Virus record (IMG/VR): IMGVR_UViG_3300046170_000058
Span: 1 to 31,250 of that record
DNA from: a virus
Taxonomy: Duplodnaviria > Caudoviricetes
Length of the DNA: 31,250 nucleotides
Strand: one strand, 5' to 3'
A program made the translations under genes and the position numbers. The notes under the pieces are model-generated. The model was given only the letters and a program-made list of their open reading frames with translations. It had not been told where the DNA came from and did no database searches. Shown here piece after piece: positions 17,113 to 24,890 of this stretch; the stretch's first letter is position 1, and the number at the start of each line of letters is the position of its first letter.

Positions 17113-19031
17113 TGGATAACTTACATATAGTAAATTTAGCTTCTTACAACCGCCCTAAAATAAGCGAGGATAAACAAAAAGATTGGGTTAACTACGGTGA
17201 GGATAATGATTACTATTCTTATTTAATAAAACTTTATACAGAATCTACAACTAACAACGCAATTATAAACGGTGTATCTAATATGATATACGGTAAAGGG
17301 TTAGATGCTTTAGATAGCAACACTAAAACTAACGAGTACGCTGCAATGCGATCTATTATAAGCAACACTTGTTTAAAAAAAGTTGTATTAGATTTAAAAC
17401 TATTAGGTGAAGGTTCTTTTCAAGTACTTTACAAAGATGGTAATGTATATAAAGCAGAACACTTTCCGCGTCAAACACTACGTGCTGAAAAAATGAATGA
17501 AGATGGCGAGATAGAAGGTTACTATTATGCTCCTGATTGGACAAAGATTAAACCAAAAGATAAACCTCAACGCATAGCAGCATTTGGATTTGGTAACGGT
17601 AAAGAACCAGAAATAAAAATAGTTAAAAAATACGTTAGTGGTTACGATTACTATTGCCCTGTAGATTATCAAGGTGGTTTAGCATATGCAGAATTAGAAA
17701 GTGAGATAAGTGATTACCTTATTAACGATGTACAAAATGGATTTAGTGGTACAAAGGTTGTAAACTTTAACAACGGTGTACCAGACCGTGAAAAGCAAAT
17801 GCAAGTTAAGAATGATGTAATGTCAAAACTTACAGGTGCAAGAGGTGAAAAAGTAGTAATTGCATTTAATAACAATGCAGAAAGCAAAACAACAGTTGAT
17901 GACATACCATTAAACGATGCGCCACAACACTATGAGTATTTATCAAATGAATGTAGTAATAAGTTAATAGTAGCACATAGGGTAACCTCACCTTTATTAT
18001 TGGGTATACGTACCGAAAACAATGGTTTAGGATCAAATGCAGACGAAATAAAGACCGCTGCGTTACTTTTTGACAATATTACTATAAAACCCTACCAAGA
18101 CTTAATAACGGACTGTATAGATGATATATTGGCTGTTAACGGTATTAGTTTAAAACTATATTTTAAAACACTTCAACCATTAGCATTTATAGATACAGAC
18201 AATGCAATAACAGATGAAGCACGTGAAAAAGAAACAGGTGTAAAAAAGGAGTTAACCCTAAAAAGCCAAGTAGTAGATAAAGACTTTGCTATTATAGATG
18301 ATAGGTTAGCATACGCAACAAAAGAAATGGCAATAGAAGGTGCTAAAAACATAGGTTGTGAAGGTTACCACGAACACGAATACGAAGGCAAGATATGGTT
18401 TATGCCTTGTGAAGAACACAAGCAAAGTAATTTAAGTGCTGAAACAGATGATAAAGTATTTGATTTGCTTGATGAGTTTGGTGAAGATGAAGATTTAGAA
18501 AACTGGGATTTAGTAGATGAACGTAAAGTAGACTATGACCAAGAAGAGGCATTAGATAAAATGGTAGGTTTAGCAAGAGTTGGTCAAGCACTACCTAATT
18601 CAAAAAGTGATTTAGATGGCGAAAGTAAAACAGGTAAAAAGTTTATTGTACGTTATCAATATTCGCCTTTAGCTGTAAGTAATAATTCACGTGAGTTTTG
18701 TAGAAAGATGGTATCAGCAAGAAAAATATACCGCAAAGAAGATATAATGCGAATGAGTAAACAACCTGTTAATGCTGGTTGGGGTAAAGGTGGTGCTGCA
18801 ACTTATAACATTTGGCTTTACAAAGGTGGAGGTAATTGCCATCATTTTTGGTTACGTAAAACATATATGTCAAAAGGAGATGAAAAAGCAGTTGTAAGTG
18901 CAAAATCAAAACCAATTTACAAACAACAAAGGGAAAATGAAGGTATTAAAGCCCCAAGTAAAAGTAAAGAACCTAACAAGGTTTCAACTAAACCAAAAGA
19001 TATGCCTAATCAAGGATTTGTAAATAAATAA
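17112..19031 (+). CDS. portal protein with C-terminal Cys/His extensions
   Basis: W..YGEDN.Y..YL..LY..S.TNNAII; NGFS....NFNNG.P; H.VTSP.L.GI; I.PYQ. C-terminal SREFC...YKGG.NC.H.W domain. Confidence 0.75.
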   Translation: MDNLHIVNLASYNRPKISEDKQKDWVNYGEDNDYYSYLIKLYTESTTNNAIINGVSNMIYGKGLDALDSNTKTNEYAAMRSIISNTCLKKVVLDLKLLGEGSFQVLYKDGNVYKAEHFPRQTLRAEKMNEDGEIEGYYYAPDWTKIKPKDKPQRIAAFGFGNGKEPEIKIVKKYVSGYDYYCPVDYQGGLAYAELESEISDYLINDVQNGFSGTKVVNFNNGVPDREKQMQVKNDVMSKLTGARGEKVVIAFNNNAESKTTVDDIPLNDAPQHYEYLSNECSNKLIVAHRVTSPLLLGIRTENNGLGSNADEIKTAALLFDNITIKPYQDLITDCIDDILAVNGISLKLYFKTLQPLAFIDTDNAITDEAREKETGVKKELTLKSQVVDKDFAIIDDRLAYATKEMAIEGAKNIGCEGYHEHEYEGKIWFMPCEEHKQSNLSAETDDKVFDLLDEFGEDEDLENWDLVDERKVDYDQEEALDKMVGLARVGQALPNSKSDLDGESKTGKKFIVRYQYSPLAVSNNSREFCRKMVSARKIYRKEDIMRMSKQPVNAGWGKGGAATYNIWLYKGGGNCHHFWLRKTYMSKGDEKAVVSAKSKPIYKQQRENEGIKAPSKSKEPNKVSTKPKDMPNQGFVNK

Positions 19032-19034
19032 AAG

Positions 19035-19538
19035 ATGGCTGAAGCATTATTTGTTACTCGTAAAGATATTGTAAAATACACTAATGTATCAGGTGGAGTT
19101 GATACAGACAAATTTATACAATACGTTAAGATTGCACAAAACATACATATACAAAATTATATAGGTACAAAGCTATATGATAAAATAAGTACAGATATTA
19201 TAGCTGGTAATTTGACAGGACATTACGCAACATTAGTTGAGAACCATATAAAACCCTGTTTAGTACATTGGGCAATGGTTGAGTATTTACCATTTGCTGC
19301 TTACACGGTATCAAATAAAGGTGTTTATAAACATAGTAGTGAAAACGCTGAAAACGTATCTAAAACAGAAGTAGATTTTTTAATAGAAAAAGAACGTACA
19401 ACAGCACAATACTATACTGATAGAATGATAGAACATTTTAGTTTCTATGCAGCAGAAAGATATGCTGAATATTACACTAATAATAACGATAACGTATATC
19501 CTGATAAGGATGCTAATTTTTCTGGATGGGTACTATAA
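19035..19538 (+). CDS. putative head-tail adaptor
   Basis: Follows portal; helical, AQ..HI..Y.GT.LY and YLPF......N.GV motifs. Confidence 0.5.
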   Translation: MAEALFVTRKDIVKYTNVSGGVDTDKFIQYVKIAQNIHIQNYIGTKLYDKISTDIIAGNLTGHYATLVENHIKPCLVHWAMVEYLPFAAYTVSNKGVYKHSSENAENVSKTEVDFLIEKERTTAQYYTDRMIEHFSFYAAERYAEYYTNNNDNVYPDKDANFSGWVL

Positions 19539-19627
19539 TAAAAGTAAGATACAAACCTAAACAACAAAACATAGTTAAGTTAAGAAACTATTTAGAAAAG
19601 ATGTATAACAAAAACGTTAAAAAGTAA
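19526..19627 (+). CDS. possible small basic protein (33 aa, MGTIIKVRYKPK...)
   Basis: Unlisted ORF filling the gap. Confidence 0.3.
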   Translation: MGTIIKVRYKPKQQNIVKLRNYLEKMYNKNVKK

Positions 19628-19633
19628 TTATAT
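19607..19633 (+). promoter_or_regulatory. putative late promoter, copy 7 (variant)
   Basis: AACAA-N14-AATTATAT, then 4 nt to ATG 19638. Confidence 0.6.
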
Positions 19634-19637
19634 AAGT

Positions 19638-19844
19638 ATGGCTAATAACATAAATTGGGGAAAAGTATATTGTGAAATGGTAACCAATTCTGCTTGGGGT
19701 ACGGATAGTGCTTTTACAACTGAATTTATACCTGATTTTTCTGCACCTACTTGCTGGACTCTTATAGATGCTTTTAGTGCAGACACAACGTTATACACAG
19801 CAGATACAACTCAACATAAAGCAGATGCTACACAAATAAGTTAA
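19638..19844 (+). CDS. small virion protein with ADTT heptad repeats
   Basis: WG..Y...WG N-terminus; SADTTLY-TADTTQH-KADAT. Confidence 0.6.
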   Translation: MANNINWGKVYCEMVTNSAWGTDSAFTTEFIPDFSAPTCWTLIDAFSADTTLYTADTTQHKADATQIS

Positions 19845-19854
19845 AAAATAAAAA

Positions 19855-20424
19855 ATGGCTAAACAAGTAATAAATATAGGAACAACTGCTAACGATGGTA
19901 CAGGTGATCCGTTAAGAGATGCCTTTGATAAGGTAAACGACAACTTCACTGAATTGTATTCAGACGATGCAGGAGATGTAGGAAGTATAACAGCAACAGC
20001 ACCAATAGCAAGAGATTCAGCTACAGGAGCAGTAACAATATCTCTAAATGATGACGGAGTTACACACGCTAAATTAGAACCAAGATATACAGCAAAAGCA
20101 ACAAGTTCTGGAACAGGAAGTCAAAATTTAGATGCTTCTACTGCAACAACATTTTTGCTTACAGGTAACGTAGCAACAGCAACTCTTACAATACAAAATA
20201 TGAAACTTGGGCAAGTAATTGACATCCAAATGACAGGTACATTAAGTAGTGCTGCAATAACATTAGCTACAGACTTTACAAGTACAACAATTAATAAAAT
20301 AGGTGCTACGGATTTTGATACCGCAGAAAAAAACCTAATACAAGTAGTTTGTGTAGATGATACAGATGCAGCAGCAATTATTAACTATTCAGTTGGAAAA
20401 ATAACAGCAGATACAACACCATAA
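19855..20424 (+). CDS. fibre/baseplate protein with T4 gp9/gp10-like N-terminal motif
   Basis: KQVINIGTTANDGTGDPLRDAFDKVNDNFTELY. Confidence 0.7.
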   Translation: MAKQVINIGTTANDGTGDPLRDAFDKVNDNFTELYSDDAGDVGSITATAPIARDSATGAVTISLNDDGVTHAKLEPRYTAKATSSGTGSQNLDASTATTFLLTGNVATATLTIQNMKLGQVIDIQMTGTLSSAAITLATDFTSTTINKIGATDFDTAEKNLIQVVCVDDTDAAAIINYSVGKITADTTP

Positions 20425-20426
20425 AT

Positions 20427-20897
20427 ATGAAAGCAATACAAGATAGTGACGGAAAAATAACAGTTTTTAATAATACTCCTAAAAATTGGGGTGCTGTAAT
20501 TTGTGGATTTGATACATTTTCAAAAGAGAAACTTGAAAGCTATGGTTTTTACGATGTAGTAAGACCAACTATAAAAAACAGCCAAAAGTTAGGTGCTATA
20601 GAATGGGATGCAGACAATAGCGTTTTTACTTATCCTGTAGTCAATAAAACTTACAGCCAAACAGTAGCTGAAATGAAAACCCAAAAAATAGACAACTTAA
20701 AAAGTATCTATGGTAGTGAGTTAGGTAAAACTGATTGGATAATTATAAGAGCGCAAGAAGGTACTGCAGCACCACAAGAAATTTTAGATGCAAGAGCAGC
20801 TTTAAGAACTGAATGTGCAAGTAAGGAGGCAGAAATAAATGGACTTTCAACTAAAGCACAAATAGCAGACTACCAACTTCCAAGTTTTAATTTATGA
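20427..20897 (+). CDS. putative tail fibre assembly chaperone
   Basis: L..TDW..IR....P...R.ALR motif; lies between fibre genes. Confidence 0.5.
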   Translation: MKAIQDSDGKITVFNNTPKNWGAVICGFDTFSKEKLESYGFYDVVRPTIKNSQKLGAIEWDADNSVFTYPVVNKTYSQTVAEMKTQKIDNLKSIYGSELGKTDWIIIRAQEGTAAPQEILDARAALRTECASKEAEINGLSTKAQIADYQLPSFNL

Positions 20898-21949
20898 GTT
20901 TAGGCAAAAGATCAATATCAACAGATGCAGCAGGAGGAGGAGCTGATGGAAGTGCTAATTTTGATACTGTACTTTATGAAGGTAACGGTGGAACAAAAGC
21001 AATATCTTCGTTAAATTTTGCTCCTGATTTAGTATGGTTGAAAAATAGAGAAACAGCAGTAAGCCATTGCTTATTTGATACTATAAGGGGAGCAGGTACT
21101 ACAAATCAACTTTATTCAGACTCCTCAGCAGCAGAAGGTACTGACACAACACTAACTAATTTAGTTTCTTTTGATTCGAATGGTTTTACACTTGGTGCAA
21201 CTTCAGGCTTTAATGTATCTAATAATAGTGGTGACGATTATGTGGCGTGGTGTTGGAAAGCAGGAGGTTCAGCAGTAAGTAATACAAATGGAACAATTAC
21301 AAGTTCAGTTAGTGCAAATACAACAGGTTTTAGTATTGTTAAATATACAGGGAATGGCACAGCAGGAGCAACAATCGGACACGGACTTACATTAACTCCT
21401 TCGCTAATAATTTGGAAGAATTTAGATGCAACGTCAAATTGGCTTGTTTATTCGCCCCTTATAGGTAGTGATTCAGAATGGTTATATTTAAATTTATCTG
21501 CTTCAAAACAAGACAGTGGTAGTACAAATGAATATCCAACAAATAAAGTAAATCCAACATCATCTGTTGTAACTGTAAATGGTGCAGGTTCTTCTAATAA
21601 TATAAATATTTCTGGGCAGGATACTATTATGTATTGCTTCGCAGACATAGCAGGTTATCAGAAGATAGGTAGTTATTCTTCAGATGGTAATAATAAAACA
21701 ATTTCTACAGGATTTAGACCAAGATGGGTTATGATTAAAAGCTCTACAAGTGCAGGTAATTTATGGGTAATTCTTGACAGTTTAAGAACTACAGGCACAA
21801 ATGGTAAAAATAGGATTTATCCCAATGACTCTTACCACGAAGATTCTTCAATTGACGTAAGTTTTAACGCAACTGATTTTACATTATTAACTTCAAATGG
21901 TGATGTAAATGGAAATGGTAAAAGTTACATTTATTTAGCAATAGCATAA
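20894..21949 (+). CDS. putative tail fibre / receptor-binding protein
   Basis: Three related modules (Y.GNG..., PDLVW.K.R / P..II.K / PRWVMIK, ending Y(V/I)..(C/A)) common in marine phage fibres. Confidence 0.6.
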   Translation: MSLGKRSISTDAAGGGADGSANFDTVLYEGNGGTKAISSLNFAPDLVWLKNRETAVSHCLFDTIRGAGTTNQLYSDSSAAEGTDTTLTNLVSFDSNGFTLGATSGFNVSNNSGDDYVAWCWKAGGSAVSNTNGTITSSVSANTTGFSIVKYTGNGTAGATIGHGLTLTPSLIIWKNLDATSNWLVYSPLIGSDSEWLYLNLSASKQDSGSTNEYPTNKVNPTSSVVTVNGAGSSNNINISGQDTIMYCFADIAGYQKIGSYSSDGNNKTISTGFRPRWVMIKSSTSAGNLWVILDSLRTTGTNGKNRIYPNDSYHEDSSIDVSFNATDFTLLTSNGDVNGNGKSYIYLAIA

Positions 21950-22092
21950 TGGAAGAAGTAAAGATTTACAGCCTTAATTTAATTGCTTTGGCATTTAGTG
22001 TTAGTGCTATAAATCCTATTCTTCAAGCTGTATCTCTTTTATTAGCAATAGCATATACCTTAATATCTATCAGTAAAAAACTAAAAAAATGA
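21949..22092 (+). CDS. small 2-TM membrane protein (holin-like, 47 aa)
   Basis: MEEVKIYSLNLIALAFSVSAINPILQAVSLLLAIAYTLISISKKLKK; TAATG and ATGA coupling at its two ends. Confidence 0.65.
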   Translation: MEEVKIYSLNLIALAFSVSAINPILQAVSLLLAIAYTLISISKKLKK

Positions 22093-22490
22093 CTTTTAAA
22101 AACGGTTCAGCAAAAGAGATACGTAGCTATGTAGGAAGCCTTTTTGTTTTTCTGTTTATAGTAGGTATAATAATAACGTTTGTACAGTTTCCTGTTTTAG
22201 AATCTAACAAAGAAATTGTGTTAATGTTAATCGGAAGTATTGCAGCTTCTATACCAGTTTTAATTAGTGCTATAAGTGGTACAAAACCAGATGATATTAA
22301 TTCTCTTAAATCTACATTAGAAAAGAAAGAACATCAAATACAGATGCTTGTAGATGCTAAAGATAGATTAGAAGAAATGGTTATAAACCTACAAAGAGAA
22401 ATGCTACAAAATCAAGATATGATGCTTGACCGTATCTTATTAAAGAGTGCTATGGATTTTGATGATAAAAACAATAGAAATGAAAAATAA
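22089..22490 (+). CDS. 2-TM plus coiled-coil membrane protein (lysis cassette)
   Basis: Two hydrophobic segments followed by a heptad-rich C-terminus. Confidence 0.65.
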   Translation: MTFKNGSAKEIRSYVGSLFVFLFIVGIIITFVQFPVLESNKEIVLMLIGSIAASIPVLISAISGTKPDDINSLKSTLEKKEHQIQMLVDAKDRLEEMVINLQREMLQNQDMMLDRILLKSAMDFDDKNNRNEK

Positions 22491-22560
22491 ACCTAAATGT
22501 AAATGTGGATGCACAAATAACGCAGAAGGTTATTGTGATGGTTCACACCTAAATAAATAA
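22480..22560 (+). CDS. 26-aa CDGSH-type [2Fe-2S] mini-protein
   Basis: MKNKPKCKCGCTNNAEGYCDGSHLNK; fills the gap between neighbouring genes. Confidence 0.7.
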   Translation: MKNKPKCKCGCTNNAEGYCDGSHLNK

Positions 22561-22562
22561 AT

Positions 22563-22730
22563 ATGGATACTTTAATAATTATAATTTCAATAATAATGTT
22601 TGCTACTGCAATAATGATGGGTTTAACTGTTTATGGTCTTTTTACCGACAAAGATAAGGACGGAATACCTGATGCTTTAGAGCAAAAATTTAGCGAACTA
22701 AAAGAAGAAATTAGTAAGTTGAAAAAATGA
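22563..22730 (+). CDS. single-TM protein with DxDxDGIPD Ca-binding-like motif (55 aa)
   Basis: MDTLIIIISIIMFATAIMMGLTVYGLFTDKDKDGIPDALE...; ATGA overlap with the endolysin. Confidence 0.7.
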   Translation: MDTLIIIISIIMFATAIMMGLTVYGLFTDKDKDGIPDALEQKFSELKEEISKLKK

Positions 22731-23080
22731 AATACTTTACTTTAGATGAATTTGATTCACCAGATCACAAAGGTAGTGGTGTTAATATGGATAGTAATTT
22801 TCTTGAGTTGCTTAACAATGCACGTGAAATTGCAGGAATACCATTTAAGATCACAAGTGGATATAGAACATCTGAACATAACCAAAAAGTTGGAGGTGTA
22901 CAAAACTCATCACACCTTAACGGTCTTGCAGCAGACATTGCAGTTAGATCAGGCAATGAAAGATACGTTATTCTCAACGCACTTATTAGAGCAGGATTTA
23001 AACGCTTGGGAATTGCTAAAACCTTCATACATTGTGATACCGATACTACAAATAAACCAAATTCAGTTTGGACATACTAA
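22727..23080 (+). CDS. endolysin, peptidase M15A family
   Basis: YF...EF, ITSGYR, SSH..GLAADI (H-x6-D) and FIH.D zinc ligands. Confidence 0.88.
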   Translation: MKYFTLDEFDSPDHKGSGVNMDSNFLELLNNAREIAGIPFKITSGYRTSEHNQKVGGVQNSSHLNGLAADIAVRSGNERYVILNALIRAGFKRLGIAKTFIHCDTDTTNKPNSVWTY

Positions 23081-23098
23081 CACGGTAGGAAGCACACT

Positions 23099-23170
23099 AT
23101 GGAACAATTAATAACTGGTTATATTGCATTCCGTATATTAGAATATTTAATAGTAAAAACCTTTGGCTGA
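23099..23170 (+). CDS. possible 23-aa hydrophobic peptide
   Basis: MEQLITGYIAFRILEYLIVKTFG overlapping the TTG start of the next gene. Confidence 0.3.
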   Translation: MEQLITGYIAFRILEYLIVKTFG

Positions 23171-23579
23171 AAAAAAGAAATTTAAAGATACTAAAGTAGG
23201 GCAATTCTTACTTAATAAAATACCTGATGTAGTTGGTGCAGTAGCTGGTGATACATTAGCAGGAAGCGTTATACAAGCTATTATAGGGGGTTCTGAAATG
23301 AGTGATGCTGACAAAGATTTAGCACTTAAAAAACTTGATATAGAACGTGCTGAAATAGATGGTACTACAAGACGTTGGGTAGCTGATGCACGTAGTGGTT
23401 CTTGGTTATCTTCTAATGTACGTCCATTAACCCTTGTATTTCTAACTGTAAGCTATGTTATAGGATGGTATTTAGGTTATCCATTAGATAGTATTACAGG
23501 TTTATTATCTATCGTTATAGGTGGTTATTTTGGTAGTCGTGGAGTAGAAAAAGTATTTGGTAATAATAAGCATCAGTAA
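23163..23579 (+). CDS. holin (GTA 3TM-holin-like)
   Basis: RW..D..S.SWL..NVRP, TM segments, GGYFGSRG.EK. Confidence 0.75.
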   Translation: MAEKKKFKDTKVGQFLLNKIPDVVGAVAGDTLAGSVIQAIIGGSEMSDADKDLALKKLDIERAEIDGTTRRWVADARSGSWLSSNVRPLTLVFLTVSYVIGWYLGYPLDSITGLLSIVIGGYFGSRGVEKVFGNNKHQ

Positions 23580-23869
23580 TGAATATATCTGAAAGTTCAA
23601 AAATTAGTTTAGATATTAAAGCACTTTTAGGTATGATAATAGGTGTGGTTACAGTTGCAAGTATTTGGTTTAACCTTACAGCAGAAATAGAAATGTTAAA
23701 AATTAAAGTTTCTAAAATGGATGAAAAGGTACAGGCTAATTACAGATGGGTTAATAGTTTTGAACCACCTAAAGAAGTACAAAAAGCAGTAGATGAAATA
23801 AACGTAATGAAACTTGAAAACGCTGTTACAAAATATAAAGTTGAACAATTAGAAAAATATAAAAAGTAA
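23579..23869 (+). CDS. TM plus coiled-coil protein
   Basis: Hydrophobic LLGMIIGVVTVASIWF followed by heptads. Confidence 0.6.
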   Translation: MNISESSKISLDIKALLGMIIGVVTVASIWFNLTAEIEMLKIKVSKMDEKVQANYRWVNSFEPPKEVQKAVDEINVMKLENAVTKYKVEQLEKYKK

Positions 23870-24000
23870 TGGCAAAGCAAATAGTTATTAACTATAAAAA
23901 AGTTAAGGTTAAGCGTAAGGGTATACATAGTAAAAACAAACAATCTAAACTTAAATCTTCTAAAAACTACGTCAAAAAATATCGTGGTCAAGGCAGGTAA
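23869..24000 (+). CDS. small highly basic protein ending KKYRGQGR (43 aa)
   Basis: MAKQIVINYKKVKVKRKGIHSKNKQSKLKSSKNYVKKYRGQGR; TAATG coupling; C-terminal motif recurrent in aquatic phages. Confidence 0.7.
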   Translation: MAKQIVINYKKVKVKRKGIHSKNKQSKLKSSKNYVKKYRGQGR

Positions 24001-24025
24001 TGTGCAAAACTAATTTTCAAAAAGG

Positions 24026-24057
24026 TTTACATCTTAAAATAAAAGCGTGTAACTTTG
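24026..24057 (+). promoter_or_regulatory. Bacteroidota housekeeping-type promoter (start of early/middle region)
   Basis: TAACTTTG at 24050-24057 (perfect -7 box); TTTA 20 nt upstream. Confidence 0.55.
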
Positions 24058-24100
24058 GTGGGTAGTGGGAATGTAAATAATATTTGTATAAATATAAATA

Positions 24101-24349
24101 ATGATTACAGAAGATAAAATTAGAAAAATACAAGGTTATAAAACTTGGTCTATTAAAAGAAAAGTAGATGAACTACTGATGGAAGATGCTCATATGTATT
24201 GTAATTTAGGTATAGATTCTACATCTACAGATAAGAAAAAAGTAAAAGCTGTTAGTAGAAAAATATACAAAGCAATATCTATTATAAGTCCTTTAGATGG
24301 TTATATATTAGAAGCACATATGAATGAAAAAGATTTAACAAGTGCCTAA
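24101..24349 (+). CDS. hypothetical protein
   Basis: 82-aa ORF after the promoter, overlapping the next gene. Confidence 0.65.
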   Translation: MITEDKIRKIQGYKTWSIKRKVDELLMEDAHMYCNLGIDSTSTDKKKVKAVSRKIYKAISIISPLDGYILEAHMNEKDLTSA

Positions 24350-24740
24350 AAAACTTTCAAGAAGTAAACTTGTAAAGAAACTTGATACAGTATTTAGTAA
24401 ATATATAAGAATAAGTAGTGCTGATAAAAATGGATACTGTACTTGTGTAACTTGTGGTGTAGTAAAACATTGGAAAGAAATACAAGCAGGACATTTTCAA
24501 TCTCGTAAATTTTATAGTTTGAGGTGGAGTGAACGTAATGTAAAACCACAATGTGTAGGGTGTAATATGTTTAGGCAAGGTGAACAATATAAATATTCAC
24601 TTTTTTTAGGTAAAGATGAAGCAGAAGTGTTATATTTGAAAAGTAAAGAAACAGTTAAGTTTACCAATTACGAACTTGAAGAAATGATAAAGGATTATGA
24701 AGCAAAGTTAAATAACGATAGGCTTAAAAGTATTACTTGA
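24342..24740 (+). CDS. ninG: NinG/Rap-like recombination endonuclease
   Basis: LD.VFS.YIR, CVTCG, AGHF.SR....RW.E.N...QC..CN. Confidence 0.82.
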   Translation: MPKKLSRSKLVKKLDTVFSKYIRISSADKNGYCTCVTCGVVKHWKEIQAGHFQSRKFYSLRWSERNVKPQCVGCNMFRQGEQYKYSLFLGKDEAEVLYLKSKETVKFTNYELEEMIKDYEAKLNNDRLKSIT

Positions 24741-24769
24741 TTCTTTCTTGTAATTTTGTTCTTTGTTTG

Positions 24770-24798
24770 AAGGGTGTCAGAAATGATGCCCTTTTTTT
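24770..24798 (+). terminator. intrinsic terminator (CA-GAAA-TG family)
   Basis: AAGGGTGTCA-GAAA-TGATGCCCTT plus T run. Confidence 0.8.
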
Positions 24799-24820
24799 AT
24801 TTAAAATATTTTGTTAATTA

Positions 24821-24851
24821 TTTGTTTATTAAAAAAAAGGTTGTATGTTTG
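24821..24851 (+). promoter_or_regulatory. perfect Bacteroidota housekeeping promoter
   Basis: TTTG-N19-TATGTTTG. Confidence 0.8.
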
Positions 24852-24890
24852 TGGTGTCAATAATGACATATAATTAATAAAAGGGGTTAA

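Noticed and set aside
20894-21949. Diversity-generating retroelement target in the fibre gene
   Set aside because: No reverse transcriptase and no template/variable repeat pair seen in the window.
22746-23111. Alternative + frame ORF overlapping the endolysin
   Set aside because: No recognisable motif and no coupling; the M15 frame explains the region.
24001-24100. Replication origin
   Set aside because: AT-rich with one DnaA-box match and a GTGGG pair, but no iteron array; too weak to call.
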